Of a stretch of 64,000 bases of DNA, positions 9,964 through 20,143 are shown in pieces. The stretch comes from an uncultured Oscillospiraceae bacterium (GTDB taxonomy: Bacteria > Bacillota > Clostridia > UMGS1883), in the NCBI GenBank assembly GCA_964385605.1, contig CAYLPQ010000001.1:77896-141895 (forward strand), written 5' to 3'. The translations under genes were made by a program, and so were the position numbers. Positions within the stretch are counted from its first letter, which is position 1. Every line of letters begins with the position of its first letter. The notes below the pieces were generated by a model. That model was not told the DNA's origin. It made no database searches and saw nothing but the letters and a program-made list of their open reading frames with translations.

Positions 9964-12121
9964 CGACTATGCATTTAGACCGGTACTCATTTGGCGAAAT
10001 ACCTGTTTTTTTCTTGAATACACGCACAAAACTTGTAGTGTTTAAATATCCTACACTCTCGCCAATTTCCTTGATTTTAATCATACTTTTATCTTTTAAA
10101 AGACTTTTTGCTTTTTTAATCCTGAGCTCCAGCACATAATCGATAAAAGTTTGTCCTGTCATTTTTTTATAGAGTTTGCTTACATACCCCACCGAAATAT
10201 TAAAACGTGCTGCTATATTTACAACAGACATTTCTTCCGTATTTGAAAAATTATCCATAACATAGTCGTTTATTTCATTGAAAAGGACATTTTGATTGTC
10301 AGTGTTCTTTGCAACTATAGCATTAAACACATTGTTGTAAAATGCATATAAAAAAACCTTAAGCTTTTCCTGATCGCGGCTGAAAGCAATTTTTTCTCGT
10401 ATATTTTCTCCATTTGCAAGTTCCGCCTCTGTTAAGCCAAAAGTCTCTACAATACGTTTTGCCGTCATCATAAGAGCAAATTTAAACTCAACGATTTCTT
10501 CAGAAGATATTTCTCTTTTGTCCGCATTGACATCCAATACATGAGAAAGAAGATTATAAAAACCTTCCTGATTACCTTCTCGAACAAATGAAACAAGACT
10601 GTCTTCAACTTCTATAGGATAATAATATCTGTCATATTTCTTTTTCTCGCCGCCATAATGATATACTGTATTCTCTATTGAGGCCATATGAATATCGCTG
10701 ATCTCGATTATTTCAGTATATAATCCGTACATGTCAGAGAGTTCAGCAATTCTATGGTCAAGCATTATCGCTTTAATCCTTATATTTAATTTTTGTTCAG
10801 CAGAAGTCAAATTTTTAAGGATAATCGTTTCTGCTTCATTATTTTTACTTTTCGGATACAAAAACACAGTCTTACCCAAGCTGAGTTCAAAGCTTTCTGC
10901 TGCAAGCTCATCTGCAATTTTTTCTAACAAGTCTTCGTAGGGTTTATTATTAATCACCGCTATATCAGAAGAGTCAAACATTAACACACCACATACGGCA
11001 CAATAAAAATCATCAGTTATCCTTAAGGAAAATAATTCTTTTTTATTTTCAATCTCACTTTTGCCAATTTTCCCCATGAAAATATCCTTTAAAAAGTTAC
11101 CCTTAAGCATTTTTTCATGTTCTTCCTGGTGTTTTTTTAATTCGTTATTCTTCTCTATCAAGCTCTCAAATGTGGATTCCATTACTCCAAATTCATCATA
11201 TTCGTCACTCTGCTCAAAGTATTTTTTCAAAAAAGTTCCAAATGGCTTATATATCTTTATTGCTATATATTTTGACAACCACAAAGTCAGCACAAAAAAG
11301 CATAAAAGAATTATTGCAAACTGCACAGAAAAATAAAAAGGAACTTTAAACTCGTCAGTTGCAATACCGTACTTCCATTCAGGAATAACAATTGAGCTTT
11401 TCCATATAGCTTGCTTTTTGTCGCTTGCTGAAAGTGAATCATATTTAAACAGATTACTCTCTTTTTCGTTTATATAAAATCCATTGAGCGATTCATTTTC
11501 CATATTTTCCGTCATTACAGTTTTATTTAACACGACCAGAAAACAGAGATTATTTTCTACGTAAACAGACTTTTTAACAAAAAATATTATGTAAGAGCTT
11601 TCATCCATACCTGTATATTTATCAGAAAGCCTGATAAAGGTATTTTCATCAAATCCTGCTAATGAGTCATGTTCGTAGGGGATATTCCCAAGTTTATCAT
11701 TAATATCATCGAGATGTTCAATTCCACTTTCCGAAATAAAACAATCATATTCCGGCTTGTACATAATCACCTCTATGCCCGAAATGCCTTTATGAGGCAT
11801 TGTATCGCTTATATATTTATATAATTGAATCTTATCATATTGGTTCACACTTTCTTTTCCGGCAAACTTTCTTACAGATGATTCCAAAGGTAGCACATCA
11901 ACATATTCAAACGCACTACGCAGTTCCTGATCTAATATATTTGCATGATTGTTTAATGTTATATATTCATTTTCTGTCTGTTTCTGCCGGTGAAGCTTTA
12001 TTTGTTGATATTCAAACAAGGATACAATTATCAAGCTAAAGCAAATCATTACAGTAAATATTAAAAGCCGAACATTTCTAAAATATTTATTTTTATTGTG
12101 CAAAATCATCCCTCGCTTCAA
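9932..12121 (-). CDS. membrane-anchored AraC-family transcriptional regulator (729 aa; N-terminal TM, large sensor region, C-terminal HTH_AraC)
   Basis: The C-terminus VSKLYKKMTGQTFIDYVLELRIKKAKSLLKDKSMIKIKEIGESVGYLNTTSFVRVFKKKTGISPNEYR is a double HTH AraC signature. Hydrophobic segments lie near the N-terminus (LLIFTVMICFSLIIVSLF) and near residue 270 (AIILLCFFVLTLWL). No receiver domain is present. Confidence 0.8.
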   Translation of the reverse strand: MKRGMILHNKNKYFRNVRLLIFTVMICFSLIIVSLFEYQQIKLHRQKQTENEYITLNNHANILDQELRSAFEYVDVLPLESSVRKFAGKESVNQYDKIQLYKYISDTMPHKGISGIEVIMYKPEYDCFISESGIEHLDDINDKLGNIPYEHDSLAGFDENTFIRLSDKYTGMDESSYIIFFVKKSVYVENNLCFLVVLNKTVMTENMENESLNGFYINEKESNLFKYDSLSASDKKQAIWKSSIVIPEWKYGIATDEFKVPFYFSVQFAIILLCFFVLTLWLSKYIAIKIYKPFGTFLKKYFEQSDEYDEFGVMESTFESLIEKNNELKKHQEEHEKMLKGNFLKDIFMGKIGKSEIENKKELFSLRITDDFYCAVCGVLMFDSSDIAVINNKPYEDLLEKIADELAAESFELSLGKTVFLYPKSKNNEAETIILKNLTSAEQKLNIRIKAIMLDHRIAELSDMYGLYTEIIEISDIHMASIENTVYHYGGEKKKYDRYYYPIEVEDSLVSFVREGNQEGFYNLLSHVLDVNADKREISSEEIVEFKFALMMTAKRIVETFGLTEAELANGENIREKIAFSRDQEKLKVFLYAFYNNVFNAIVAKNTDNQNVLFNEINDYVMDNFSNTEEMSVVNIAARFNISVGYVSKLYKKMTGQTFIDYVLELRIKKAKSLLKDKSMIKIKEIGESVGYLNTTSFVRVFKKKTGISPNEYRSKCIVDDKKENDKEN

Positions 12122-12244
12122 TAGTAAAACTTACTAAACCAACTATCGAGTTTCATCTTTATTGTAACTGCTTTTCTAACGTTGTTTCAAGAGGAAAAAA
12201 TAAGCATTGATTGTGTTATTTGGAATTTGTTTTTAAAGAATAAA

Positions 12245-14326
12245 TCACATAACGTTCTTTCTGTAACAGCTGAGCTCATATTCAATTACATAGTCAATGT
12301 GCTTAATTTTCCAACGTATGCGCTCCTCATCCCCCATATATTCCATAGACGGCTCCCAACCCAGGCGGGAGTCTTTTCTTACAAACTCAATTGCTTTTTC
12401 TGCGTTTTCCTTTTCGCGCAAAAGGAGTTTCTCCATTTGGTCAGCAAGCATTAAAATACTTTCAGCATTATTCTCGGATTTAATCTTTGCGGAGAACTTA
12501 TACCAGTATTTTGCATTTATTCCTGTAGTAACATAACAGCAAATGTATTCTCCCATATTCACAAGATAACACAGTTCTTCGTTTTTCTCCGAAATACCCT
12601 GAAGGATATCCGTTCCTTGCCGCATTAACTCGTACATTTTTTCCAGAGATTTTATCTCTGTATCAACCCGCATAAAGGGAAGCATTCCTCTTCCTGTTGG
12701 AAGTCCGTTTGTAGGATGATAGTCAGCCGGATACATTGTAAACATAATACGATTTCCGAAATGTGCATAACTCTCACCTTTTGGCTTCATTTCGCGAATT
12801 AAGCAGAAAGGATATGCCGGGCCGATTCTGAATGCTCCGTACTGGTCTGCATCGCTGGGTATATAATGAGTGATTGCATCACTCCATAATTTAAGTGCCT
12901 GACAGATTCTTTCAGCATTTTCCTCTCCGTATCGGGCAGAAATAACATCATTCAAGCATTTTTCACTATCGGTGTTTTCTTTAATGAAGCACTGTTTAGC
13001 AAGGTCCCCGATAAATGAAGGCCAAAAACCAAAATGATGAGATTCCATAACACCGCACAAACCCCATTTTTCGTTAGCCTCACGAAGACCCTTGTATCTT
13101 TTCATCCACTGATAAGGCATCGGCTCATAGGGCACAACACCCATATCCCATGTAGTACCACCGGTATTTGCCATTGTATACATACGGATACCACGTTTTT
13201 TTGCTGCTTCAGCCTCCGACTTAAAGTATTCGCCAGGGCCATGCAACGACAAGGTATAATCTGCTGTAAATTCAGTAATATCGTCTATTTTATAGCTCTC
13301 AAACATTTCAAAGGTTGCCATAAGGGTAATATCTGTCGGAAGGGAGTTTATAAGCTTCAGACGGTTTTCCTTATCAACATATCCCCAGTTATAGGTCCAG
13401 AAAACAATATCTGCATCCTTTTTCTGATTTCTTACCGCCTTTTTCACACATTCGAGCCACTGGGGATAATCATAACACGGCCACCAACCGGCAGACGGTT
13501 TTCCTGTGGGGAATCCATCCTTGTCAACCTTTTCCCTTGTTGGAGTAACATTAGGATCTTTGCTTGGAAATCCCACCGACTCCCCGACAAGTATAACACC
13601 TTTAAGGGAAGGACAATTTTTAAACAGTGTCCCGTAAAGGTTATCATAAAATTCCTGTGCATCTTCTTCCTCGGGATGCTTTTCGCTTTTTAAATAGCTG
13701 TAGGCATATACATCTATTCCGTAACGCGACGCACGATAAATGAGCTCGTTAAAATCAACGAACCCCGTGCTCGTCATATTAACACCTTTGACAAAAATCA
13801 GTATTGCATCCATTCCTGCGTGTGCAATAGATGCAAGATGTTCATTGGGGAAATTGTCTATTCCATAGCCTGAATGCACCATTCTGGGAGAGAACAGGTA
13901 CGTGTGTCTTATTTCCTCTTTTTTAAGAATTGGTGCTTTTTTCACATTCATTCTGTCCTCAAGACAGTAAAAAGCCTGTGCCACTCCTCTGTCATTTTTT
14001 CCGGAAATGGAAATACTGTCACCAATCTTTATTATGTAGTCTTCAGACTGATTTTCGTCAACAGAGCATAAAATGGCATTATCTGAAATTTTCTCATCCG
14101 AAATCATTGCAGATATTTTCATTGAGGTAAAAAGATAGCCTGTAAAATCTTTTGCCCCTGTAATTATAACCTCTGTACAATTTTCAGGCACAATGATATT
14201 TAGTCCGTTCTTCAGTTCAAGCTCGTTCTCGTCAGGAAGAATGTCAAAATTTCTGACATTCTTCCTGTGGATATTTAGTAGCCTTTTCCTAAACTCATAT
14301 TTTTGTTCATTCTTAAGCATATACAC
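12245..14326 (-). CDS. uncharacterised cytoplasmic 693-aa protein, putative glycoside hydrolase or phosphorylase (paralog of 21012..23129)
   Basis: There is no signal peptide. It shares long blocks with ORF 21012..23129: FSPRMVHSGYGID-FP, GMDAIL-F-KG-NMT, GV-LVGESV-FPS-DPN, GWWPC-DYP-WL, DIVFWTYNWG, GLCG-MESHH-GF-PSFI and YGAFRIGPAYPFC. I could not assign a family from memory. Confidence 0.5.
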   Translation of the reverse strand: MYMLKNEQKYEFRKRLLNIHRKNVRNFDILPDENELELKNGLNIIVPENCTEVIITGAKDFTGYLFTSMKISAMISDEKISDNAILCSVDENQSEDYIIKIGDSISISGKNDRGVAQAFYCLEDRMNVKKAPILKKEEIRHTYLFSPRMVHSGYGIDNFPNEHLASIAHAGMDAILIFVKGVNMTSTGFVDFNELIYRASRYGIDVYAYSYLKSEKHPEEEDAQEFYDNLYGTLFKNCPSLKGVILVGESVGFPSKDPNVTPTREKVDKDGFPTGKPSAGWWPCYDYPQWLECVKKAVRNQKKDADIVFWTYNWGYVDKENRLKLINSLPTDITLMATFEMFESYKIDDITEFTADYTLSLHGPGEYFKSEAEAAKKRGIRMYTMANTGGTTWDMGVVPYEPMPYQWMKRYKGLREANEKWGLCGVMESHHFGFWPSFIGDLAKQCFIKENTDSEKCLNDVISARYGEENAERICQALKLWSDAITHYIPSDADQYGAFRIGPAYPFCLIREMKPKGESYAHFGNRIMFTMYPADYHPTNGLPTGRGMLPFMRVDTEIKSLEKMYELMRQGTDILQGISEKNEELCYLVNMGEYICCYVTTGINAKYWYKFSAKIKSENNAESILMLADQMEKLLLREKENAEKAIEFVRKDSRLGWEPSMEYMGDEERIRWKIKHIDYVIEYELSCYRKNVM

Positions 14327-14521
14327 AACCTCGAATTTTTAGTTAATAACCGTAGTTATTCTTTCTACAAGAATTATATAATTATAATTTTACACCTTAT
14401 ATATTAAAAAGTAAATTGGCTTTTTTTGCACTCAGCATACATTATTTGCACTTTCTTTCCAAATTTTTCAACTGTTACATCATTTGTTCAAACAATGTTT
14501 ATGCAGTGCATTTATTGTCAT

Positions 14522-14562
14522 AAAAAAACTGTACCATCCCGTTTTGAATCGAGTTGGTACAG
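14522..14562 (-). terminator. rho-independent terminator downstream of the PHP gene
   Basis: On the minus strand an 8-bp stem (CTGTACCA / TGGTACAG) is followed by a run of seven T, just 3' of the stop at 14639. Confidence 0.5.
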
Positions 14563-14638
14563 CTCTATTTTTTGTTTTAATGCTCTTTCTCCGAATAGCC
14601 CTTACTTATTGAAATGTAGAATTCTGACCTTAACTTTC

Positions 14639-15499
14639 TTACAGACAAAGAAAAGCAGAAGTGTCAATACCATGCTTCATGCAAATCTCATTTATCTTCG
14701 AATAATCACATACCCCACTCAACACCTTTGAATGGCAGTCACTTCCCATAGATATTGCAATGCCACTGCTTTGAAGCTCTGATACCCAATCAAAATATGA
14801 GTTAATAAAACGTTCAGGATATTCATATTTGAAAAAACAGTTATTGAGTTCAAACGCAACATTATTTTCTAACATTGCGGCTTTGAGCTCACTTCTCATA
14901 GATTGTGAAATTACGGAAAAATCAAGAAAGGGATTTTCGTAATCCGGAAGATTCCACACATTTCTGAAAAGATTCTCATCCCACCATAAATAGTGTGCCA
15001 TTATCCTGGTGTAAGGGTGTGTTGCCGCAAACATATACTGTCTGTGATACTCTTTTAACACAGACTTTAAATCTGTAGCACAGTACATGGGCCAATGCAT
15101 ACCGCTTACAACATATTCTATTTTGTATTTTTCCATAAATTCTTCATCAAAATCAAACATAACAGGAGCATTGGCAGGACCGCCTGAACGAATTCCAAAT
15201 ATCGGAGGATCCTTATATTCTCCGCGGGCAATTATATCTACCTCCCATTTTGAGATAATGGTTGCCTCAATCCCAAAATGAAAATGACCTTCAAGTTCAG
15301 GATGCCTTTTTAGTGTAGCTTCATACTCTTTTCGTGAAGCAGCAATGTCCGCCTCCTGAAGTCTGGTATGATAGTGGTCTGTCACACCATAATCTGTTAT
15401 TCCAAGTTTTTTCGTCTCTGAAACAAGAGTTTCAAATTCCATACATGCACTGTCGCAACTGTATTTAGTATGTATATGCCAATCTGATGTAATTGCCAT
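14639..15499 (-). CDS. PHP-domain metal-dependent phosphoesterase (histidinol-phosphatase-like)
   Basis: The N-terminal DWHIHTKYSCDS and the ...GVTDHYHT motif are typical of the PHP fold. Confidence 0.65.
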   Translation of the reverse strand: MAITSDWHIHTKYSCDSACMEFETLVSETKKLGITDYGVTDHYHTRLQEADIAASRKEYEATLKRHPELEGHFHFGIEATIISKWEVDIIARGEYKDPPIFGIRSGGPANAPVMFDFDEEFMEKYKIEYVVSGMHWPMYCATDLKSVLKEYHRQYMFAATHPYTRIMAHYLWWDENLFRNVWNLPDYENPFLDFSVISQSMRSELKAAMLENNVAFELNNCFFKYEYPERFINSYFDWVSELQSSGIAISMGSDCHSKVLSGVCDYSKINEICMKHGIDTSAFLCL

Positions 15500-15535
15500 A
15501 ATTTTACTCCTTATTTATTAACATATATATTAATT

Positions 15536-16234
15536 TCAATGCAAAAACTGAAACAGCCTGTCCGGGAAGTTCACTGTCATACCGTCAACTTTCAAAAGAC
15601 ACATTTTCTTCATAAGATGAATGCCGGAAATGCCCCATGCTCTTACTCCAAGATTTAAAGCACGTAAATTTTTCATAATTTCATCTGTAATACAATCTGC
15701 ACTTGGCGCAATTTCTTCGCCATTGATGTCACAAAGCAGATTTATGTTTTCATCTGTTATTTCTTCCACAAGCCAGCCAACACGTGCTTCTGGATTTAAC
15801 TCTTTAATCTTTTTAATATAATCATATTTAAAGCTTGTAAATGTTGTTTTATCTAAAATTCCAAACTCTTCTGTCATATCAAGAGTATCTTTTTCAACAC
15901 CTTCGCCTTTCAGTTCAATGGCAAATTTTATATCATAGGATGAAAAGTGTTCAAGAAACTCACGTAAAGTCATAATTCTGTCGTAAAATCCTGTAGTAGA
16001 ATTTCCGTATATTTTAAGTTCCTTTAGTTCCTTTAAAGTGTAATCACAGACTTTTCCCGTACCATCTGAAACTCTGTCGACAGTATCATCATGAAACAAT
16101 ACCAGAAATCCATCTTTGGTTCTTTGCACATCTGTTTCTATGCCATTCGCTCCTTGCAATAATCCAAGACAGAACGATGACAGAGTATTTTCGGGAGCAT
16201 ATTCACTTGCCCCTCTATGAGCATAATTAATCAT
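15536..16234 (-). CDS. glycerophosphodiester phosphodiesterase (GDPD family)
   Basis: The N-terminal HRGASEYAPENTLSSF...ETDVQRTKDGFLVLFHDDTVDR is the canonical GDPD His-Arg-Glu-Asp motif set. Confidence 0.75.
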   Translation of the reverse strand: MINYAHRGASEYAPENTLSSFCLGLLQGANGIETDVQRTKDGFLVLFHDDTVDRVSDGTGKVCDYTLKELKELKIYGNSTTGFYDRIMTLREFLEHFSSYDIKFAIELKGEGVEKDTLDMTEEFGILDKTTFTSFKYDYIKKIKELNPEARVGWLVEEITDENINLLCDINGEEIAPSADCITDEIMKNLRALNLGVRAWGISGIHLMKKMCLLKVDGMTVNFPDRLFQFLH

Positions 16235-16273
16235 AAAAAATCGTCTCCTTTTTTTAAATCGATTTATTATATT

Positions 16274-16996
16274 TTACATACTATACTTTTCAACAAAATC
16301 AATTATGGGTGTATTATCATCAAGCCCGTGAGGATGATGACCGCAGTTTTCTTTTCCAATGACAACTATCGTTCCTGAATTTTCCTTGTAGTATTTTTCC
16401 AGGATTGCACCATTTTCAGCATAAGGAACAACAACATCTGACTTTCCGTATACCAGTATAACAGAAATGTTATTTTCAAGCAGCAGTTTCATTTTGTCGA
16501 TTGGGTGTTCTCTGTAACAAATCAGTTCCGGCAAAGTTATACCTGTTGCGTCCACAAACTCCTGCATCAAACTATCATCCGCAACTCCCAGTCCCGCGGG
16601 ACAGGAAAGCAAATTCATCACCGGGGCATCCAGATATAGCGCCGAAACACATTCAGGGTACTTTGCCGCAAACTTGCTTGCAATCAAACCACCACAACTC
16701 ATACCTACAGGAATACACTTTGCATACAATCCATACTCCCGGTTAAGATATTGTGCAAATCTTTTCTTAAGGTCCAGGTCTTCTTCAAGACACCATCGTG
16801 TAATATTTTTTATAAAAGCAAGATGCCAGCCTCTTTTTACCATTTCGAATTCAAAATTCTGAAAGGCATCAAAATACTCGGTTTTCAAAAGCCAGTTTTT
16901 ATTTTCATTTGGATTATCGGGGAATACAAGTATTGCCTCTCTTCCTTCAAACTCAAAGTCAATTCGTTTAAATCCATTCCATATAGATTCTTTCAT
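16274..16996 (-). CDS. alpha/beta-hydrolase-fold esterase-like protein
   Basis: The nucleophile elbow GMSCG, a later GKSDVVVP and CGHHPHG give a Ser-Asp-His arrangement. There is no signal peptide. Confidence 0.55.
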   Translation of the reverse strand: MKESIWNGFKRIDFEFEGREAILVFPDNPNENKNWLLKTEYFDAFQNFEFEMVKRGWHLAFIKNITRWCLEEDLDLKKRFAQYLNREYGLYAKCIPVGMSCGGLIASKFAAKYPECVSALYLDAPVMNLLSCPAGLGVADDSLMQEFVDATGITLPELICYREHPIDKMKLLLENNISVILVYGKSDVVVPYAENGAILEKYYKENSGTIVVIGKENCGHHPHGLDDNTPIIDFVEKYSM

Positions 16997-17023
16997 TGTT
17001 AATCATCCTTTCTGTATACATCT

Positions 17024-18367
17024 TTAATCTAAAGTCACTATAACGCTGCTGTCCGCCAAATAATCTATCCTGTCTCCGGATTTATTAAGACTGTCTATAA
17101 ATGCAAGATATTCCTCTTTTGATGAAAATTTGGGTTCAAACTCATCAATAATCTTTCTTGCTCTCTTTGCTGAATCAGAAAGAAGCAACAAAAGCATTCC
17201 CAACTGCATTTTCGCACTTGCGACACAAGCGGCTACAGGGTCTTTGATTTCATAATCACTACCATGTGCCGTACCTGTTGCTCCCGCTGCATATGGATGG
17301 ACTACCGGCATAATGCCACATAAATCGCCCATATCTGTACTTCCTGAACCAATAAAACTATTAGTAATGAATTCATATTCGGAAATAGCAAGTTCAGCTG
17401 CATCTTTGGCTACCTGCATCATATTTTCGTCATTTATCAACGGAGCATATCCTGGAATATCTATTATTTCCACGTTTGTTCCAAGAGAAAGTGCGGCACC
17501 GCACAGAGCCTGATTTACCCTTTTATTCGCACTGCAAATAGCCTCAAAGCTTGCACCACGCACATAGCTTTCCAGTATAGTTTTTTCAGGTATAGCATTA
17601 ACCATTGAGCCTCCACTTGTAATAATCGGATGAACTCTTATTATATCGCTTTCCTTAAATGTTTCACGGATGGCATTAATAGCATTCAGCCCGCAATTCG
17701 CTGCATAAAGCGCATTTTTTCCTTCCCACGGAGAACTTCCCGCATGAGAGGCTTTCCCTTTATAAATAATCTGCTTTGCCATGCAACCTACTGACCCTTT
17801 TCTGACCGAAAATGCACCTGAAGTGTGTACCATAAAAGCAATATCAACTCCGTCAAAATATCCTCTTGACAGAAATTCACTTTTGCCACCAAAGTATTTG
17901 ATTTTACCTTCTTTAACCAGTTTACTTCTGTATTCAATTTCCAGAAGTTCTTCTGCCGGAACTGCACAAAGCCTTATTTTACCACAAAATTTATCTGAAA
18001 TCCCGGGCTCTTTAAGAGCTGCGGCTATACCCACAAGCGCCGCACACTGTGCGTTGTGTCCGCACGAATGTACCGCTCCAGTTTCTGGATTTGCATCCTT
18101 ATGTTCAGGACATATTATAGAATCCAATTCAGCTAAAATCAAAATCTCCGGACCCGGCTTACCTGTATCTAAAATTGTATAAAAGCCCGTGATACCATCT
18201 GCCAAAACAAGATCATATCCAAGCTTTTTGAAAACACCTTCCAGATATGCAGATGTTTCATACTCTTTGTATCCTGTTTCTGGATGGTTCCAAATAAATC
18301 TTTCAGTATCCAAAATCAGCTGTGTATATTTTTCTACAGCCATACTTAATTCTTTCATAAAAAACAC
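17024..18367 (-). CDS. M20-family amidohydrolase (aminoacylase/hippurate-hydrolase type, M20D)
   Basis: The AVHSCGHNAQ motif and the overall size of about 450 aa fit M20D. There is no signal peptide. Confidence 0.7.
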   Translation of the reverse strand: MFFMKELSMAVEKYTQLILDTERFIWNHPETGYKEYETSAYLEGVFKKLGYDLVLADGITGFYTILDTGKPGPEILILAELDSIICPEHKDANPETGAVHSCGHNAQCAALVGIAAALKEPGISDKFCGKIRLCAVPAEELLEIEYRSKLVKEGKIKYFGGKSEFLSRGYFDGVDIAFMVHTSGAFSVRKGSVGCMAKQIIYKGKASHAGSSPWEGKNALYAANCGLNAINAIRETFKESDIIRVHPIITSGGSMVNAIPEKTILESYVRGASFEAICSANKRVNQALCGAALSLGTNVEIIDIPGYAPLINDENMMQVAKDAAELAISEYEFITNSFIGSGSTDMGDLCGIMPVVHPYAAGATGTAHGSDYEIKDPVAACVASAKMQLGMLLLLLSDSAKRARKIIDEFEPKFSSKEEYLAFIDSLNKSGDRIDYLADSSVIVTLD

Positions 18368-18659
18368 CTCATTTTATAATCGCATATTTTTTGAGTTTTT
18401 CTCCAAACAAATATAGATACCAGACTTAAAACCAAATTCACACATAATAATGTTAAAAAGATTATATCTTTTTAGTCTTTGCCTGTCAAGTAACACAATT
18501 TGCATAACATATACTTTTTTTGCACTCTCCATTCCCCTATATATTAGCATTTATATAAATTTCCTTAAATCACCAATTCAAACAAAGCATTACGCAGTGT
18601 TCAGAATATGTATGATAAGAAGTATTATTAACGATATATTCTACTGAATAACAGAGGAA

Positions 18660-18692
18660 GGGCGCTGCAGAAAATCCGCAGCGCCCCACTAT
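18660..18692 (-). terminator. GC-rich hairpin downstream of the GH4 gene (possible terminator with a weak U-tract)
   Basis: A 9-bp perfect stem GGGCGCTGC / GCAGCGCCC has the loop AGAAAATCC. It lies 50-80 nt 3' of the stop at 18738. The minus-strand tail is only moderately T-rich. Confidence 0.35.
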
Positions 18693-18737
18693 TTATATAA
18701 ACTCATGGCATAAGTTTATATCGAATTAATAAGGTTA

Positions 18738-20129
18738 CTATATACTATACATTGACAAATATTTCTTTGTGTTCTGTATCATTTCGTCAAATAACTTCCG
18801 TGCACTTTCCACATCAAGAGTTACAAGGGGATCGTTTACAAATGCATTGAATACACCCTCAATATCCCTGTTAGTAATTGCGGCATGAACTGCTTCCTGC
18901 TCTGCACATATTCTGGAAACAAGAGGATATATACTTTCAGGAATCCCGCCTGACATTACAGGCATAACACTGTCTGAACGGAAAACGGCATTTGTTTCAA
19001 CAACTGCTCCCATGGGAAGATTGGGAATCTGCCCTGTGTTTGGAATGTTTACATTTGTAACAAGGTCGCACAGTCCCACAAGAGCCCTTATTTGATTTAT
19101 ACCTTCCTCACCCGTTTTGTCAATTTTTACAGTTTCTTCACCGCTTCTTAATCTCTCGCTTCGTGCAATACGTTCCTTAAGCTCTTCTTTTCTGCTGTCA
19201 ACAGTTGTAAGAGCAAACCCCCATTTTTCTACAGTTTCCGGGTCTTTAAGGTACCATTTCCCTTCACAGAATTCCGCAAGATGTCTGTCGCCTGCGGCGG
19301 CAATGTAACCGTAGCGTTTAAAAAGGTCTATCTTTACCTTTTCCATACATTTAAGGTTTTTATTTGCCCAATTATCGTGAAGAGTTTCAGCATAGCCACA
19401 GTCAGAATATTTTTCGGCAAACTTACTGTACACCGGAAATAAATCCATATTCTTGTATTTTGCGGAAGTAATCCAGGTAAAGTGATTCACCGCAACGGGT
19501 GTAACCTTTATATCTTCTCTTTTTACATCCTTGATTCCGCAGATTTCTTCAAGCGCGGTCATAAGAACTTTCTGTGTGCCGAAAACCTCGTGACAGCATC
19601 CGAAAGCTTTGATTTCAGGGAAGGTTTTATAAAGAGTTTTTACACACAGTGTCATTGGGTTTGTGTAACTTATAACCCATGCATTCGGACAATATTCTTT
19701 TATATAATTTGCTATTTCTTCATACATAGGAACTGTACGCATCGCACGCACTATGCCTCCCGGGCCTGATGTATCTCCGACAGATTGATAAATTCCGTAT
19801 TTTTCAGGAGTATGTACATCAGAATACATTTCATCAAATGTTCCGGGCAAAATTGAAATTATAACAAAATCTGCATCAGTCATAGCCTCTTTTGCGGTTT
19901 TTACAGCATGGTAATTCCATACAGTATTTGCACCTTCGGCATTGTTAAATTTATTTCCTATAATTTCATTTGCAATTGCTGCATCATAATCGATATCATA
20001 AAGAAACACATCGCCGCTGATATCACTGCAGCTAGCAAGGTCACTCATAAGCCCCCAAGCCCAGCCACGGCTTCCGCCGCCGACATAAGCGATTTTTATA
20101 TCTCGCACACAATCTTTTTCAAATTTCAT
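18738..20129 (-). CDS. lplD: family 4 glycoside hydrolase (NAD+/Mn2+-dependent; LplD alpha-galacturonidase/alpha-glucosidase-like)
   Basis: The N-terminal IKIAYVGGGSRGWAWGLMSDLA Rossmann motif and a length of 463 aa are typical of GH4. The gene lies in the same region as the lplABC-like transporter. The symbol is by analogy only. Confidence 0.7.
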   Translation of the reverse strand: MKFEKDCVRDIKIAYVGGGSRGWAWGLMSDLASCSDISGDVFLYDIDYDAAIANEIIGNKFNNAEGANTVWNYHAVKTAKEAMTDADFVIISILPGTFDEMYSDVHTPEKYGIYQSVGDTSGPGGIVRAMRTVPMYEEIANYIKEYCPNAWVISYTNPMTLCVKTLYKTFPEIKAFGCCHEVFGTQKVLMTALEEICGIKDVKREDIKVTPVAVNHFTWITSAKYKNMDLFPVYSKFAEKYSDCGYAETLHDNWANKNLKCMEKVKIDLFKRYGYIAAAGDRHLAEFCEGKWYLKDPETVEKWGFALTTVDSRKEELKERIARSERLRSGEETVKIDKTGEEGINQIRALVGLCDLVTNVNIPNTGQIPNLPMGAVVETNAVFRSDSVMPVMSGGIPESIYPLVSRICAEQEAVHAAITNRDIEGVFNAFVNDPLVTLDVESARKLFDEMIQNTKKYLSMYSI

Positions 20130-20143
20130 GATAATCCACTCTC

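Noticed and set aside
13034-13693. Plus-strand ORFs of 200-250 aa in the track (13034..13693, 41472..42194, 46731..47489, 35006..35467)
   Set aside because: Each lies entirely antisense within a long, well-supported minus-strand CDS. They have low-complexity, Cys- and Phe-rich translations typical of shadow ORFs in AT-rich DNA, and no RBS or family motifs.
12245-14326. Assignment of the 700-aa paralogs to GH127 (Cys-nucleophile beta-L-arabinofuranosidase) or GH112 (lacto-N-biose phosphorylase), based on CC and Cys-rich blocks and on size
   Set aside because: The adjacent Cys pair (GWWPCCDYP) is present in only one paralog; the other has GWWPCYDYP. I cannot recall a diagnostic GH112 or GH127 motif that matches, so the family is left unassigned.
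18660-18692. GC-rich 9-bp perfect hairpin GGGCGCTGC/GCAGCGCCC as a possible additional copy of the GC-rich repeat family
   Set aside because: It has no sequence similarity to the GCAGGCTG...GCCTGCAC-GTCGCGC repeat beyond being a GC hairpin. It is kept only as a weak terminator call.
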